Assembly: GCA_964343575.1 (NCBI GenBank)
Contig: CAYFJV010000001.1
Span: 286,705-350,704 of the forward strand
Source of the DNA: an uncultured Methanosarcinales archaeon
GTDB taxonomy: Archaea > Nanobdellota > Nanobdellia > Woesearchaeales > GW2011-AR9
Direction of reading: 5' to 3'
DNA: 64,000 nt
Shown here: piece by piece, positions 19,718-29,381 of the stretch
How the letters are laid out: each line of letters opens with the position of its first letter
Numbering within the stretch: the stretch's first letter is position 1
The notes under the pieces: model-generated
The model's database searches: none
Told to the model about the DNA's origin: nothing
What the model saw: the letters and a program-made list of their open reading frames with translations, nothing else
Position numbers and translations under genes: made by a program

Positions 19718-20149
19718 TTAACGGGAAAAATCTTCCAGACCTTCCCCAAAATCTACAGAAATCTCTGAGATGCCCACGCTTAGATTAAACCCACAGTAAG
19801 GTTGACCATCCTGACAGACACAAATCTGCCCTGCGGGACAGGAATTTTTTGCACAGCCACACTCCTCTGGATAAATTGGGTCAACCGGCTGGACAGGTTT
19901 AGGTAATTCTGGATCGGGGCAAACTGGAGGAGGGAAGTCGTTATTACAATCGGGAGGAAGGCGGTCTTCTCGAACAATATTTTCTTCACTCATTAGAGTT
20001 GAACTTGTCGAAGAGAACTGCTCCTTGGAACTAGAGAAAAAATTCTCAGGGAAAAAATCATCAAACCAACCAGGAAGTGCTAGCACCCCTGAAGTTAACA
20101 GAGAGACCGACATTATTCCAGCTAAAAACAACACAATTTTCTTATTCAT
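19718..20149 (-). CDS. Secreted Cys/Pro-rich protein
   Basis: Signal peptide ending VLA; eight Cys clustered in the C-terminal half. Confidence 0.65.
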   Translation of the reverse strand: MNKKIVLFLAGIMSVSLLTSGVLALPGWFDDFFPENFFSSSKEQFSSTSSTLMSEENIVREDRLPPDCNNDFPPPVCPDPELPKPVQPVDPIYPEECGCAKNSCPAGQICVCQDGQPYCGFNLSVGISEISVDFGEGLEDFSR

Positions 20150-20305
20150 TTTTACCACTTCTCCGCCACATATTTTTATCTTTTGGACACATTATGGACA
20201 CAAAGAAATACGAAATAAAAAACATTTAGCTCTTCAAAAATATATTTTGGATGAAAAAGAAAAAAGGGTGAACAAAAAGTGCAAAAATTATTCAGAAGCA
20301 CTACA

Positions 20306-20884
20306 CTAGTAACCATAGATCTTCTTTTTTCCTTCCACATCAAGCTTTTTCTTAATCATAGAAGATAGAGAATAAATACGATAATACAAGTTATCCCAGT
20401 GCTGTACCTCAAACTCTTTTTGCACTACTTTCTTGTAAAGCTGTCCAAACATTTGCACCCAACGATTACTGTCAGCATACTTTCCTTCAATGTCAAACAC
20501 AACTTTTCCAGTAATAAGAATTTCAATTCGAGCGTTGGTTAATTTTTTCTTTTTCTTTCCAGTATCAACTTCTACTTCAACCATATCCCAAAGATGAGTT
20601 TCAATATTAATTTCGTAGCGAACAAACTCGTTAATATCTCTTCCTAAAAGCCAAACAAACTCTTGTTCTGCTCCATCAGGTTTTGGCACCTTATGTTTGT
20701 AATTTCTTTCAAACCATTGGTAACCATAACCCTTCCCCCAATCAACAATAGAAGCATAAAGTTCATCAAAATCAAAAAGACCAGTGTAACGAATGTAAAT
20801 TGGATTTCCAAGGCCCCAAGCTTTGTCAAACTTACCAGAAAGCCCTAGTTTCTTAAGAGCATCATCTATCACCGAGTCTCCCAT
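20306..20884 (-). CDS. Hypothetical protein
   Basis: 192-aa globular-looking ORF. Confidence 0.75.
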   Translation of the reverse strand: MGDSVIDDALKKLGLSGKFDKAWGLGNPIYIRYTGLFDFDELYASIVDWGKGYGYQWFERNYKHKVPKPDGAEQEFVWLLGRDINEFVRYEINIETHLWDMVEVEVDTGKKKKKLTNARIEILITGKVVFDIEGKYADSNRWVQMFGQLYKKVVQKEFEVQHWDNLYYRIYSLSSMIKKKLDVEGKKKIYGY

Positions 20885-21011
20885 GGGTCGGACTATCTTT
20901 TTGCGCTTTATAAAGATTTGTCTTGAGATTTTAGAGGAATAATTTCAAATTTCTATAAATTTATAAAAAAAGATTGATTTTGGACAAATATTGATTTAGA
21001 AGGAGCCAATT

Positions 21012-21584
21012 ATGATGAAAACATACAGAACCATACTTCCTTTACTTTTCCTCCTCTGTTCCCAGCAAGGATTGGCAAACAAGGAAGGGGATTACACTGA
21101 AACATTAGAAGAGCTTGCTGGTTATGAAGTAAAAAGACCCGAGGAAAGAAGGATCTCTGCCGGAGGATGGTCAATAGATATAAATGCTTCAGGACTTGCA
21201 GCACGAACAAGGGACCCAGTTGCCCAGTGTGATAATGAATTATATCTAGTGGGTTATAATGCTGATACTTCTTTAAGTAGAATTGTTCTTGTGCAAAGCT
21301 GCGAAAGTGGAAGAGGAATGACTTTTAGCATAAACAGAGATGAAGAAGGAGTTTATAGACGACCTCCCGAACTGGGGAGTGAGGGGCTCGGGGAAGCTTA
21401 TGATCGGCAAGGAACTCTTGGGAGAGTTTATGATATAGCAAAAAACATAGATGATCTTGCTAGGTTGAGTGACGAACTAGCCTTAGCAAAAGATGAATAT
21501 GACAGAACTCTTTCGCGGACACTTCAGGGCCTAGCAGTGGTCTTGATTCTAGAAGAAAAAAATCAAAGGGGAGAACTTTACTAA
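21012..21584 (+). CDS. Secreted hypothetical protein
   Basis: N-terminal signal peptide; AGGAG SD. Confidence 0.6.
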   Translation: MMKTYRTILPLLFLLCSQQGLANKEGDYTETLEELAGYEVKRPEERRISAGGWSIDINASGLAARTRDPVAQCDNELYLVGYNADTSLSRIVLVQSCESGRGMTFSINRDEEGVYRRPPELGSEGLGEAYDRQGTLGRVYDIAKNIDDLARLSDELALAKDEYDRTLSRTLQGLAVVLILEEKNQRGELY

Positions 21585-24500
21585 AAACTCAGCACAAACT
21601 TTTCTTCTTTTATTTTTGCTTCTTCTTGGTTCTTGAAAGTTCCTGCAGCAGCATTGACACTAATTTCTATATGCTCTGCACCAACCTTGTCAGCAATATC
21701 TCTTGTGAATGAGACAAGATCAGCATGCAAGAGATGTGAACACTGAATATGTAATTTAATGCGATCTGCTTTCTCAAGCCCAGCATTCTTTCTCATGTTT
21801 TGTACTTTACGCATAAGTTCACGAGCATAACCTTCAGCAAGAAGCTTTTGATCTTGTTCTTTATTCACGTACACTTGGCCTGCTTTAAAGTTGCTCCCAG
21901 CATAGTTCTCTGGCTCTTCTCGACTCACATTGAGCATGTCGGCAGTGATTTCATAATTTTCTCCCTCAATCTCTAAAGAAAGTTTTCCTTTCTCTTGCAA
22001 GGCGGCAGAAAGCTTCTCAGCAGACATTCCTTTGATTGCTTCTACCACTTTTGCAGTTTGCTTCCCACAAACAGGACCAATCTTCCCATAATTAGCTTCG
22101 TAGCTCTCTTTCATTCCAGTAAGCGCAGTGGTTACCGTAATCTTCTTTGCATTAAGTTGTGTTTTAAGAATCTCGCTGAGCTGCTCTGCAGCAAGTCTTA
22201 GCTTTTCATCCTTGCTCACAACAACCACTTCTGCTACTGGCCAACGAAGACCTAACTTTGCTTTTTCTCTTCCATTAAGCGCAGCCTGCATGATTGCACT
22301 AAGATGATGCATTTGCTCCTCAAGCTCTGCGTTGATTAAAGTCTCATCAGCTACTGGCCAGTCATAATGAGAAATACTTTCTTGCTCTAAAGCAAAAGCA
22401 TCCTTAAGATTTAGGTAGATTGCTTCAGTCAAGAAAGGCACCACAGTATGGAACATCTTTAGAGTTTCAAGAAGCACTGTTCCAATGGTGTAAGCAGCAA
22501 GTTCTTTCTCTTCTTTGCTTCCAAGTGCCATTCTATCACGGCTCATCTGAATGTATGTCCTACTTAATTCTAAGAAGAGTTGTTCAATTGGCGCAATAAT
22601 GCGATCAATTTTATAGGCTTCAAGAAGAGCGGTCACTTCTTTAATGGTGCTGTGTAGCCTTGAGATAATGTATTTCTCCTCTGCCCCTGCTCGCTCTTGG
22701 AAACTTTCTTTATCAAGAGCGAAAGGGTGAAGGAGTTCGTTCTCCCTTGCAAGGTTGAGCAAGAGGTTTTGTACATTCCAAACAATGTTCAGGTTTCTTC
22801 CCTTCACAGTTAACTCATCCCATGAAAAATTAATGTCTTCTCCGGCGTTGGTTTGACACATGTAATAACGCATGATGTCTGCAGAGTGTTTTTCAATTAC
22901 ATCATAAGGAGAAATCACATTCCCAAGAGATTTTGACATTTTCTCTCCCCCAACATCAGTAACAAAACCATTCATATAGACATTCTTGAAAGAAGGCAAA
23001 TCAAATCCTAAAAAGGAAGCAACCATCAATAAGTTAAACCATCCTCGAATTTGATCTTTTCCTTCTAGAATAAAGTCCGCAGGGAAGAGACGTTCAAAAA
23101 GTTCTTTATTCGTTGGATAATCAAGACAGTTCCAAGAGGCAGTTCCTGCATCAATCCATACATCAAGGACATCTGGAACACGTTTGTAAGTTTTGTTCTC
23201 TTTTTGAATAGTTATTTCATCAATTGCGGGGATATGCATATCGGTTACCTTTTGCCCAGAGAGTTCTTCAAGCTCTTTGAGGCTTCCAATGACCAGAACA
23301 TCATCTTCATCATCAACGTTCTTCCAAATAGGTACTGGTGTTCCCCAATAACGCTGCTTTGTGATAGAATTGTCCCGCAGGTTTTCTAACCAAGATCTAA
23401 AGGCATGCTTTGCTCCCTTTGGATTCCACATAATTTCTTCATTGGCAGCAAGCATCTTTTCTTTGAGATCCTCAACTTTGAAGAACCATTGTTTTGTTGT
23501 TCTAAAAATAACTGGCTCATGACTTCGCTCCCCATGGGGGTAATCATGTGTGTAAGATTCTTTGGCAAGAAGAGCCCCCGCTTGATCAATTGCATCAATA
23601 AACTTTTGATCGTCAGTTTTCGCTTTAAGGCCGGAGAATTCTCCTAGGTCTCTAAAATATCCTGTTTCATCAACACAATTGAAAGGGGGAATATGGTTTA
23701 AGTGTCCTACTTCATAATCTTCCGGACCACAACCTGGAGCACAATGCACAAGACCAGTTCCTGCACTATCGTCAACATATTCCTTGCTTAGAAGGATGCT
23801 AAAGAGCTTTGGATTACTTCTGAGTTCTTCAGGGAGATGCTTTTGAATCTTTAGTGGGTGAAAATATTTTTTTCCCTCAAGTTCTGTGCCCTTAAATGAC
23901 CTTAATATCTTGTACTCTCCATCTTTTACTTTTGCTTTTGTAAGTAGCTGCTTGTGTAATGCTTTTGCAACGGTCCAGATCTCTTCTCCTACCTTGATAT
24001 CTACATAGTCAAGTTCAGGGTTTACCATCACTGCAAGGTTGAGAGGGATGGTCCAAGGAGTTGTTGTCCAAATGATAAAGAAACTTTTGTCATGCTCTTG
24101 CGTCTGAAGTTTTACGTAAATTGAAGTATCTTTAATGTTTTTATATTCTAACTCATGCTTTGCTACTGCAGTTTGTGTTGCAGCATCCCAATGCATAGTT
24201 CTTAGTCCTTGATAGAGTCTTCCTTTCTTGTAAGCTTCTTTAATGAGCCACCACTCAGCTTCCATAAACTTGTGAGAAATTGGTTGATATGGGTCTGTGA
24301 AATCAAGAGATGCTCCCACTCGTTGAAAGTCTTTGTTCATATGCCCCATCATTTCCGTACAGAACTTATGACATTCTTTTGTGAACCTTGCAAGACCAAA
24401 TTTTTCAATCTCTTCTTTGTTCTTGAGCCCCAATTTTTTCATGGTCTTTTGTTCGGTTGGTAAACCATGCATATCATAACCCATACGATCCCAAACATCA

Positions 24501-24724
24501 AGACCTTGCATTCTTTTGTAACGCAGCACAATATCTTTGAGTGCAATGTTCCAGGCGTGACCTAGGTGAATTCGACCACTGGTATAAGGCGGACCTTCCA
24601 AGAAATAGAACTTTTGTTTTCCTTTATTACGCTTTCTGAGTTTTTCTACGATTTGTTGTTCTTGCCAGAATTTAAGGATAGACTCTTCAATGACTTTAGG
24701 ATCATATTTTGGAAATTTCATCAT
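21581..24724 (-). CDS. ileS: Isoleucyl-tRNA synthetase
   Basis: GPPY..G..HLGH, WTTTPWT, GTGLVHCAP, DQIRGWF, KMSKS. Confidence 0.97.
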   Translation of the reverse strand: MMKFPKYDPKVIEESILKFWQEQQIVEKLRKRNKGKQKFYFLEGPPYTSGRIHLGHAWNIALKDIVLRYKRMQGLDVWDRMGYDMHGLPTEQKTMKKLGLKNKEEIEKFGLARFTKECHKFCTEMMGHMNKDFQRVGASLDFTDPYQPISHKFMEAEWWLIKEAYKKGRLYQGLRTMHWDAATQTAVAKHELEYKNIKDTSIYVKLQTQEHDKSFFIIWTTTPWTIPLNLAVMVNPELDYVDIKVGEEIWTVAKALHKQLLTKAKVKDGEYKILRSFKGTELEGKKYFHPLKIQKHLPEELRSNPKLFSILLSKEYVDDSAGTGLVHCAPGCGPEDYEVGHLNHIPPFNCVDETGYFRDLGEFSGLKAKTDDQKFIDAIDQAGALLAKESYTHDYPHGERSHEPVIFRTTKQWFFKVEDLKEKMLAANEEIMWNPKGAKHAFRSWLENLRDNSITKQRYWGTPVPIWKNVDDEDDVLVIGSLKELEELSGQKVTDMHIPAIDEITIQKENKTYKRVPDVLDVWIDAGTASWNCLDYPTNKELFERLFPADFILEGKDQIRGWFNLLMVASFLGFDLPSFKNVYMNGFVTDVGGEKMSKSLGNVISPYDVIEKHSADIMRYYMCQTNAGEDINFSWDELTVKGRNLNIVWNVQNLLLNLARENELLHPFALDKESFQERAGAEEKYIISRLHSTIKEVTALLEAYKIDRIIAPIEQLFLELSRTYIQMSRDRMALGSKEEKELAAYTIGTVLLETLKMFHTVVPFLTEAIYLNLKDAFALEQESISHYDWPVADETLINAELEEQMHHLSAIMQAALNGREKAKLGLRWPVAEVVVVSKDEKLRLAAEQLSEILKTQLNAKKITVTTALTGMKESYEANYGKIGPVCGKQTAKVVEAIKGMSAEKLSAALQEKGKLSLEIEGENYEITADMLNVSREEPENYAGSNFKAGQVYVNKEQDQKLLAEGYARELMRKVQNMRKNAGLEKADRIKLHIQCSHLLHADLVSFTRDIADKVGAEHIEISVNAAAGTFKNQEEAKIKEEKFVLSF

Positions 24725-24808
24725 TGCAAGGGGAGTGGGCTGGATTTTAAAAAGCTATTGGGGGGATAAAGCAGTTTGTTGAGGATAATAGAGACAAAAG
24801 AAGTTGAG

Positions 24809-26083
24809 CTATTTTTTCAAAAGAATGATATGGCCCCTTCCCTTCTTGATGATCTCCAACTTTCCTTGAAACTCAAGACCGGTAAGAATAGATTCTACCA
24901 CTTCGTCAGGGAGGTGAGAAAGCTCTTTTTTAAACTTGCTTTGGGCCATTTGCCCGCCATTTGCCTTAATGATTCGCATTACCTGATCCACATACTTTGC
25001 ACTGTTATCATCTATCTCTGGCTCTTCTCCTTTAGCCTTCACTTCCTTAGGAGAATCTTGTTTTTTGCTTCTTTTTGAGCTTGCTTTTGAAGTTGTTTTG
25101 GTCTTGCTTGTTTTTCTAAGCGACTTTAGCTCCCTCTCCTTAGGCTCCAAAGTAAGTTCTTCAATAGAAAGATCAATCTCTTCTATCTCGATTTGCTCGG
25201 CTGCTTGTTTACTCAATTTACCTGCCTGTTTTTTTGCTTGCTTTGGCTGCTGAGCAGACTTCTTTTTTCCTTTTCTTCCCCTAATTTTCTCAGATTCTTT
25301 ACTTTTTTCATCAGCAAACTCTTCTAAAGCTTCAGCCAGCTCTTCAGGAACAAGGAGCGCTTCGGGCGGTACTTTTCCTAGCTCCTGCTTTTTCTTCTCC
25401 TCGAGATCTTTAACTAAACTTTTCTCAGTTGTACTCTTCCCTGTTGTGGAAGTCTTCGCAGAGGTTTTAGTCTTCTTTAAGCCTTTGTCAGGTGCTGCAA
25501 CTCTTTTATCAGTTTCTTGTCTTTTTCCTTGCTTTTGCGCTGCTTCTTGTTGCTTTCCTTGTTCTCTATCTTGCTTGACATCTAATTGCTTTCTTGCCTT
25601 CCTGGCAAGATATCTCCCACGAAGAAGTAGATAGCTTCCGAAGATAAAGAAAAGTACTCCTAAGAGTAAGAAATACTGACTTTCTTGAGAGAGAAGATCT
25701 GTTTTTCCAAAAGTAGAGAGACTTGTAGCTCTTGCAAGAAGTTCTTGCTCCTCATTCCAATCTGGATAAAGAAAAAGATCGTGATAGACTTTTTGTGAGC
25801 TCTCCACAATTACTTCATCTTCAGCATAAAGACCTTCTGCGCTGGCAGTGATTATGTAGCTCCCTGCAGGAAGCTCAAAACGATAAAGACCATTAGAGGA
25901 GCTAAGTGTTTTCTCTGGTACTGTATTAATAGTAACTAAAACATCTTGAGCAGTGTTAAGTTGATAATCGTAGACATTTCCTTCCAGAACAGCAGCAAAA
26001 CTTGTTTGGGCTAAGAGTAGTGTGCACAGAAAGAAAACTGCAAGAAGAACAGTTAGCTTACGAAGTCCCAATACCCCACCCAT
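24809..26083 (-). CDS. Membrane-anchored protein: signal peptide, beta-sandwich (carboxypeptidase-regulatory-like), TM helix, charged linker, C-terminal wHTH
   Basis: LEGNVYDY, GLYRFELPAGSY; TM helix; GGQMAQ...LEFQGKLEIIKKGRG. Confidence 0.75.
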   Translation of the reverse strand: MGGVLGLRKLTVLLAVFFLCTLLLAQTSFAAVLEGNVYDYQLNTAQDVLVTINTVPEKTLSSSNGLYRFELPAGSYIITASAEGLYAEDEVIVESSQKVYHDLFLYPDWNEEQELLARATSLSTFGKTDLLSQESQYFLLLGVLFFIFGSYLLLRGRYLARKARKQLDVKQDREQGKQQEAAQKQGKRQETDKRVAAPDKGLKKTKTSAKTSTTGKSTTEKSLVKDLEEKKKQELGKVPPEALLVPEELAEALEEFADEKSKESEKIRGRKGKKKSAQQPKQAKKQAGKLSKQAAEQIEIEEIDLSIEELTLEPKERELKSLRKTSKTKTTSKASSKRSKKQDSPKEVKAKGEEPEIDDNSAKYVDQVMRIIKANGGQMAQSKFKKELSHLPDEVVESILTGLEFQGKLEIIKKGRGHIILLKK

Positions 26084-26199
26084 GCGCTTTTGGTGTAAAA
26101 GTTGCTTTAAATACTTTATTATGTTCTAAAGTCATGCACTCAAACATGACTATTCTAAGAGGAATAATATTTAAAAGGCTATTTGGTCACTTAGGTCAC

Positions 26200-26820
26200 A
26201 TGGGGGTTGTAAGAAAGAGTTTTATTTCTTTGGGAGTCTTTTGTTTACTTGTCTTGGTGTTTAGTCAGTTTGTGAGTGCGACTGTACTGCAAAGTTATGG
26301 ACTTGATGCTAATCAAAAAATAGTAGAACTTCTTGATGAAACTCCTTTAGAAGAGGAGAAAAGGTACTTTGCCCAGAAAGGAGATGAACTTCTGCTTTTG
26401 GGAGAAGAAGGAGACGAAGAAGCTCTGCAATACCTCATTGTTGATCTTCAAGAATATTGGCAAGAAACGCTTCCTTCACTTGAGCTTGAGTTAGTAAAAA
26501 GGCAACAGGAAAAGCTGGAGCTCTTGTTTTTAGCAGTTGAAGAACAAAAGCAGGAACTTTCTAGGCAGGTGACCTCTACTATTAGCAGGACGCAAAGCGT
26601 TGGTAAACTCAGTGAGCTGACTGAGAGTTATGTTGTAAGCGTTGAGAATGCTCAAGCAAGCTTCTCTGAGATTGAAATTCCTGCAAGCGTTTCGGAGAGG
26701 AGTGAGAAGAGAGAGCTTTCTTTGGCAATGAAGCAACAAGAAGAAACATTTGTGCTCTTAGATGAAGTGCAAGAGGATTTGCAGAAACTTTTTTTGGAAA
26801 TGCGTGAGTTAGAAAGATAG
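26200..26820 (+). CDS. Secreted coiled-coil protein
   Basis: Signal peptide ending VSA; helical, acidic. Confidence 0.7.
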   Translation: MGVVRKSFISLGVFCLLVLVFSQFVSATVLQSYGLDANQKIVELLDETPLEEEKRYFAQKGDELLLLGEEGDEEALQYLIVDLQEYWQETLPSLELELVKRQQEKLELLFLAVEEQKQELSRQVTSTISRTQSVGKLSELTESYVVSVENAQASFSEIEIPASVSERSEKRELSLAMKQQEETFVLLDEVQEDLQKLFLEMRELER

Positions 26821-26824
26821 TTTT

Positions 26825-27724
26825 CTATTCTGTTTTATCCGTTTTTTTCTTGATTCTCTTGATCTTCTCTGTTTCTTTTAACAAAATAACATTGCCCCTT
26901 CCACGCTTGACTTTCTCTACTTTTCCTTTGTGTTCTAGCTCTGTGAGAATAAGACTAATCTTTGATTCAGATATTTCAATCATTTCTTTTCGCAGTTCCT
27001 TTTGACTGATCCTTCCATCATGATCTTTGATTATTTTGAGTGTTCTGTCAAGATAACCTGGCTCTGGGTCCTGCTCAGAGATCTCTTTTTCTTGAGCTAC
27101 TTTTGGTAATTTACTTTTCTCTGTTTCTTTTTCTTTGGCTTCTTTCTCTTCGATCTTGATTTCAGGGATAGTGGATGATTGATCGGGAGCAGAAGAATCT
27201 CTTTTTCTTTTAGATAAAACCACAAATAAGGTGATTGAGGCAAAGATTAATGCGATTGCTGCAATAAGTAAAGCAAGATTACCATTTTGGTTTGAAGTTA
27301 AGATCTCTGCATCGTTTGCGGAGCTTGGATTTTCTTCTTCATCATCAGTGAGTTCAAGATCATTCCATAATTCGTCCTCTGCTGCAAAGCTAGGAAAGAG
27401 AAAAAGATCATAATGAAAATCCCCTTCTTTATCGATGGTAATTTGTTCCTCTGTTTCGAGATCAGCGAATCTTGCAGTTAAGGTATAGGTTCCAGGGTCC
27501 AGCGAGAAAGAATAAGTCCCATCCGTACTCAAGATTTGCTGCTCTGGAACTGTATCAATAGTAAGAAGAACATTTTCTAACTCTTCTAGTTGATAACTAT
27601 AGATGGCCCCTTCCAGGTTTGCTGCGCTAGCTAAAGGAATCATTAGAAGTACGAAAAAAAGAGAGGCCAAGAAAGGGCCCAGAAGAAAACCCTTTGGTTT
27701 TGCTTCAAGCTGTTTTGCTTTCAT
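26825..27724 (-). CDS. Membrane-anchored wHTH protein, paralog of 24809-26083
   Basis: LEGAIYSY, GTYSFSLDPGTY; TM helix; GRISQKELRK..SESKISLILTELEHKGKVEKVKRGRGN. Confidence 0.8.
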   Translation of the reverse strand: MKAKQLEAKPKGFLLGPFLASLFFVLLMIPLASAANLEGAIYSYQLEELENVLLTIDTVPEQQILSTDGTYSFSLDPGTYTLTARFADLETEEQITIDKEGDFHYDLFLFPSFAAEDELWNDLELTDDEEENPSSANDAEILTSNQNGNLALLIAAIALIFASITLFVVLSKRKRDSSAPDQSSTIPEIKIEEKEAKEKETEKSKLPKVAQEKEISEQDPEPGYLDRTLKIIKDHDGRISQKELRKEMIEISESKISLILTELEHKGKVEKVKRGRGNVILLKETEKIKRIKKKTDKTE

Positions 27725-28045
27725 GCTCCTCTCTTCCCTGGAGATCTCATTTAAATACTTTACCAAACAAATAGAGTTTTGAGAGGTGAAAGAAGGAAAT
27801 TTTGGCTTTTTTTTGAGGATAAACAGAACATAAAGTGTTATCAAGTTTCTAAAGCGAGAAAAAAGCTTTGTGAGTAGTTTTTCTGAAAGTATGTTTAAAA
27901 AGAAGATTTCGAGCTTGCTTCTCAATGATCGAGACCAGGGGGTCTTGTCAGAAAGCCTTGCGCTTTGAAAATTGACAAGGAAGCTGGGAAAGGTCATCAA
28001 AGTGTCAAACTCAAACTACTTTGATACAAAGGAGGAATACAAAAA

Positions 28046-29200
28046 ATGAAACAAGGAATGAAAAAATTGTTTGCCTTGATGATGCTAGGACTGTTTGTTA
28101 TTAGCTTAGTCCCAGCGGCATTGGCAGAAGACTTAGAGGTGGGGGAACCTACTGAAGAAGAAGGAGAACCTACAGTTGGAGATGGAGAACCTGCAGCTGG
28201 AGATGGAGAATCTTCTGAAGAGCAAGGAGAGAGCAGCATAAGAGATAATGTGGTTAATGCAGTTCATGATAGAGCAGCAGACCGTGTTCATGATGAAGCA
28301 AAAGAACGCCTAAAACCAGTTCGTATCGCTCACACACCAAAGCCAGTGAAAGTTGCTCACAAAACTACTGTTGAATTTGAAGAAGCGCAAGAGCGTTATG
28401 ATGCTTTGAAGCAAAACTATGCCGAGCACAAAACTGCTTACAATGATAAAAAAGCAGAAGTTGATGGACTTCACGATGCATTAAACACCTGTACTGATGC
28501 TGGAGAAGACTGTGGTGAAGAGCGAAGAGCTCTTCTTGTTGGAGCAAACGGATTACTTCACAAAAGTGCTGATGCTGTAGTTGCAGCTCTTGACAAGCTT
28601 GCAGATCGTGTTGAGAACGCAGAAGACCTTGATGAGTCTAGTAAAGAAGCTCTTTTAGAAGAGATTGCTTACGATAAGCAGCAGGTAGAAAACGCTCTAG
28701 CTGCTCTTGATGAAGCAAAAGAAGATCCAAGTTCCGAAGAAGTACAAGAAGCAATTGATAACCTTCGAGCTGCTCTTAAAGAATCTCACCCTAACTTCAA
28801 GCGAACAGTAACCTTACTTGTGAATGCTAAGTTGTTTAACATCTTGGAAAACCTTGGTGAAACTGCAGAGGGATTAAACGATAAGATTGCTGCTCTCGGA
28901 GAAGAAGGTTATGATGTGAGTGCTCTTGAAGACTTAATGGATAACTTTGAGGCAGCAGTAGCTTCCTCAGAAGAAAACCACAATGAAGCTCAAGATCTCT
29001 ACATTGCATCTTTCACAGATGAACTTACCGAAGAAGATATGCAGGCTGCACGCGACTTCCAGTTCACTGCAAGAGAAGATCTTGGAGATGCTAAAGGTTA
29101 CTTAAGCCAAATCTTCCAAGAAATCAGATCCTTAGAAGAAGTAGAAGGAACTGATGTTCTTGATGAAGAGGGAGAAGCTGACGAGGAGGTAACTGCTTAG
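28046..29200 (+). CDS. Secreted acidic alpha-helical protein
   Basis: GGAGG SD, signal peptide ending ALA, long helical body. Confidence 0.8.
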   Translation: MKQGMKKLFALMMLGLFVISLVPAALAEDLEVGEPTEEEGEPTVGDGEPAAGDGESSEEQGESSIRDNVVNAVHDRAADRVHDEAKERLKPVRIAHTPKPVKVAHKTTVEFEEAQERYDALKQNYAEHKTAYNDKKAEVDGLHDALNTCTDAGEDCGEERRALLVGANGLLHKSADAVVAALDKLADRVENAEDLDESSKEALLEEIAYDKQQVENALAALDEAKEDPSSEEVQEAIDNLRAALKESHPNFKRTVTLLVNAKLFNILENLGETAEGLNDKIAALGEEGYDVSALEDLMDNFEAAVASSEENHNEAQDLYIASFTDELTEEDMQAARDFQFTAREDLGDAKGYLSQIFQEIRSLEEVEGTDVLDEEGEADEEVTA

Positions 29201-29300
29201 GCCACTTGGCCTGTTTTTATTTTTTCTTTTTTTCTTTAACTTAGAATCAAGTAATCAAATCATTAGAATATCACATTCTACCAACAACCCTTACCCCACA

Positions 29301-29346
29301 GGTGTCGGGAGGTTCCCACCTCTTTTTCCTCCCGGCACTTTTTTTC
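29301..29346 (+). terminator. GC-rich hairpin plus T-run
   Basis: GGTGTCGGGAGG pairs with CCTCCCGGCACT; loop TTCCCACCTCTTTTT; followed by a T tract. Confidence 0.55.
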
Positions 29347-29381
29347 TTAACAGCCCCTTAAGTTGGGGGATTAGCTGAGAG

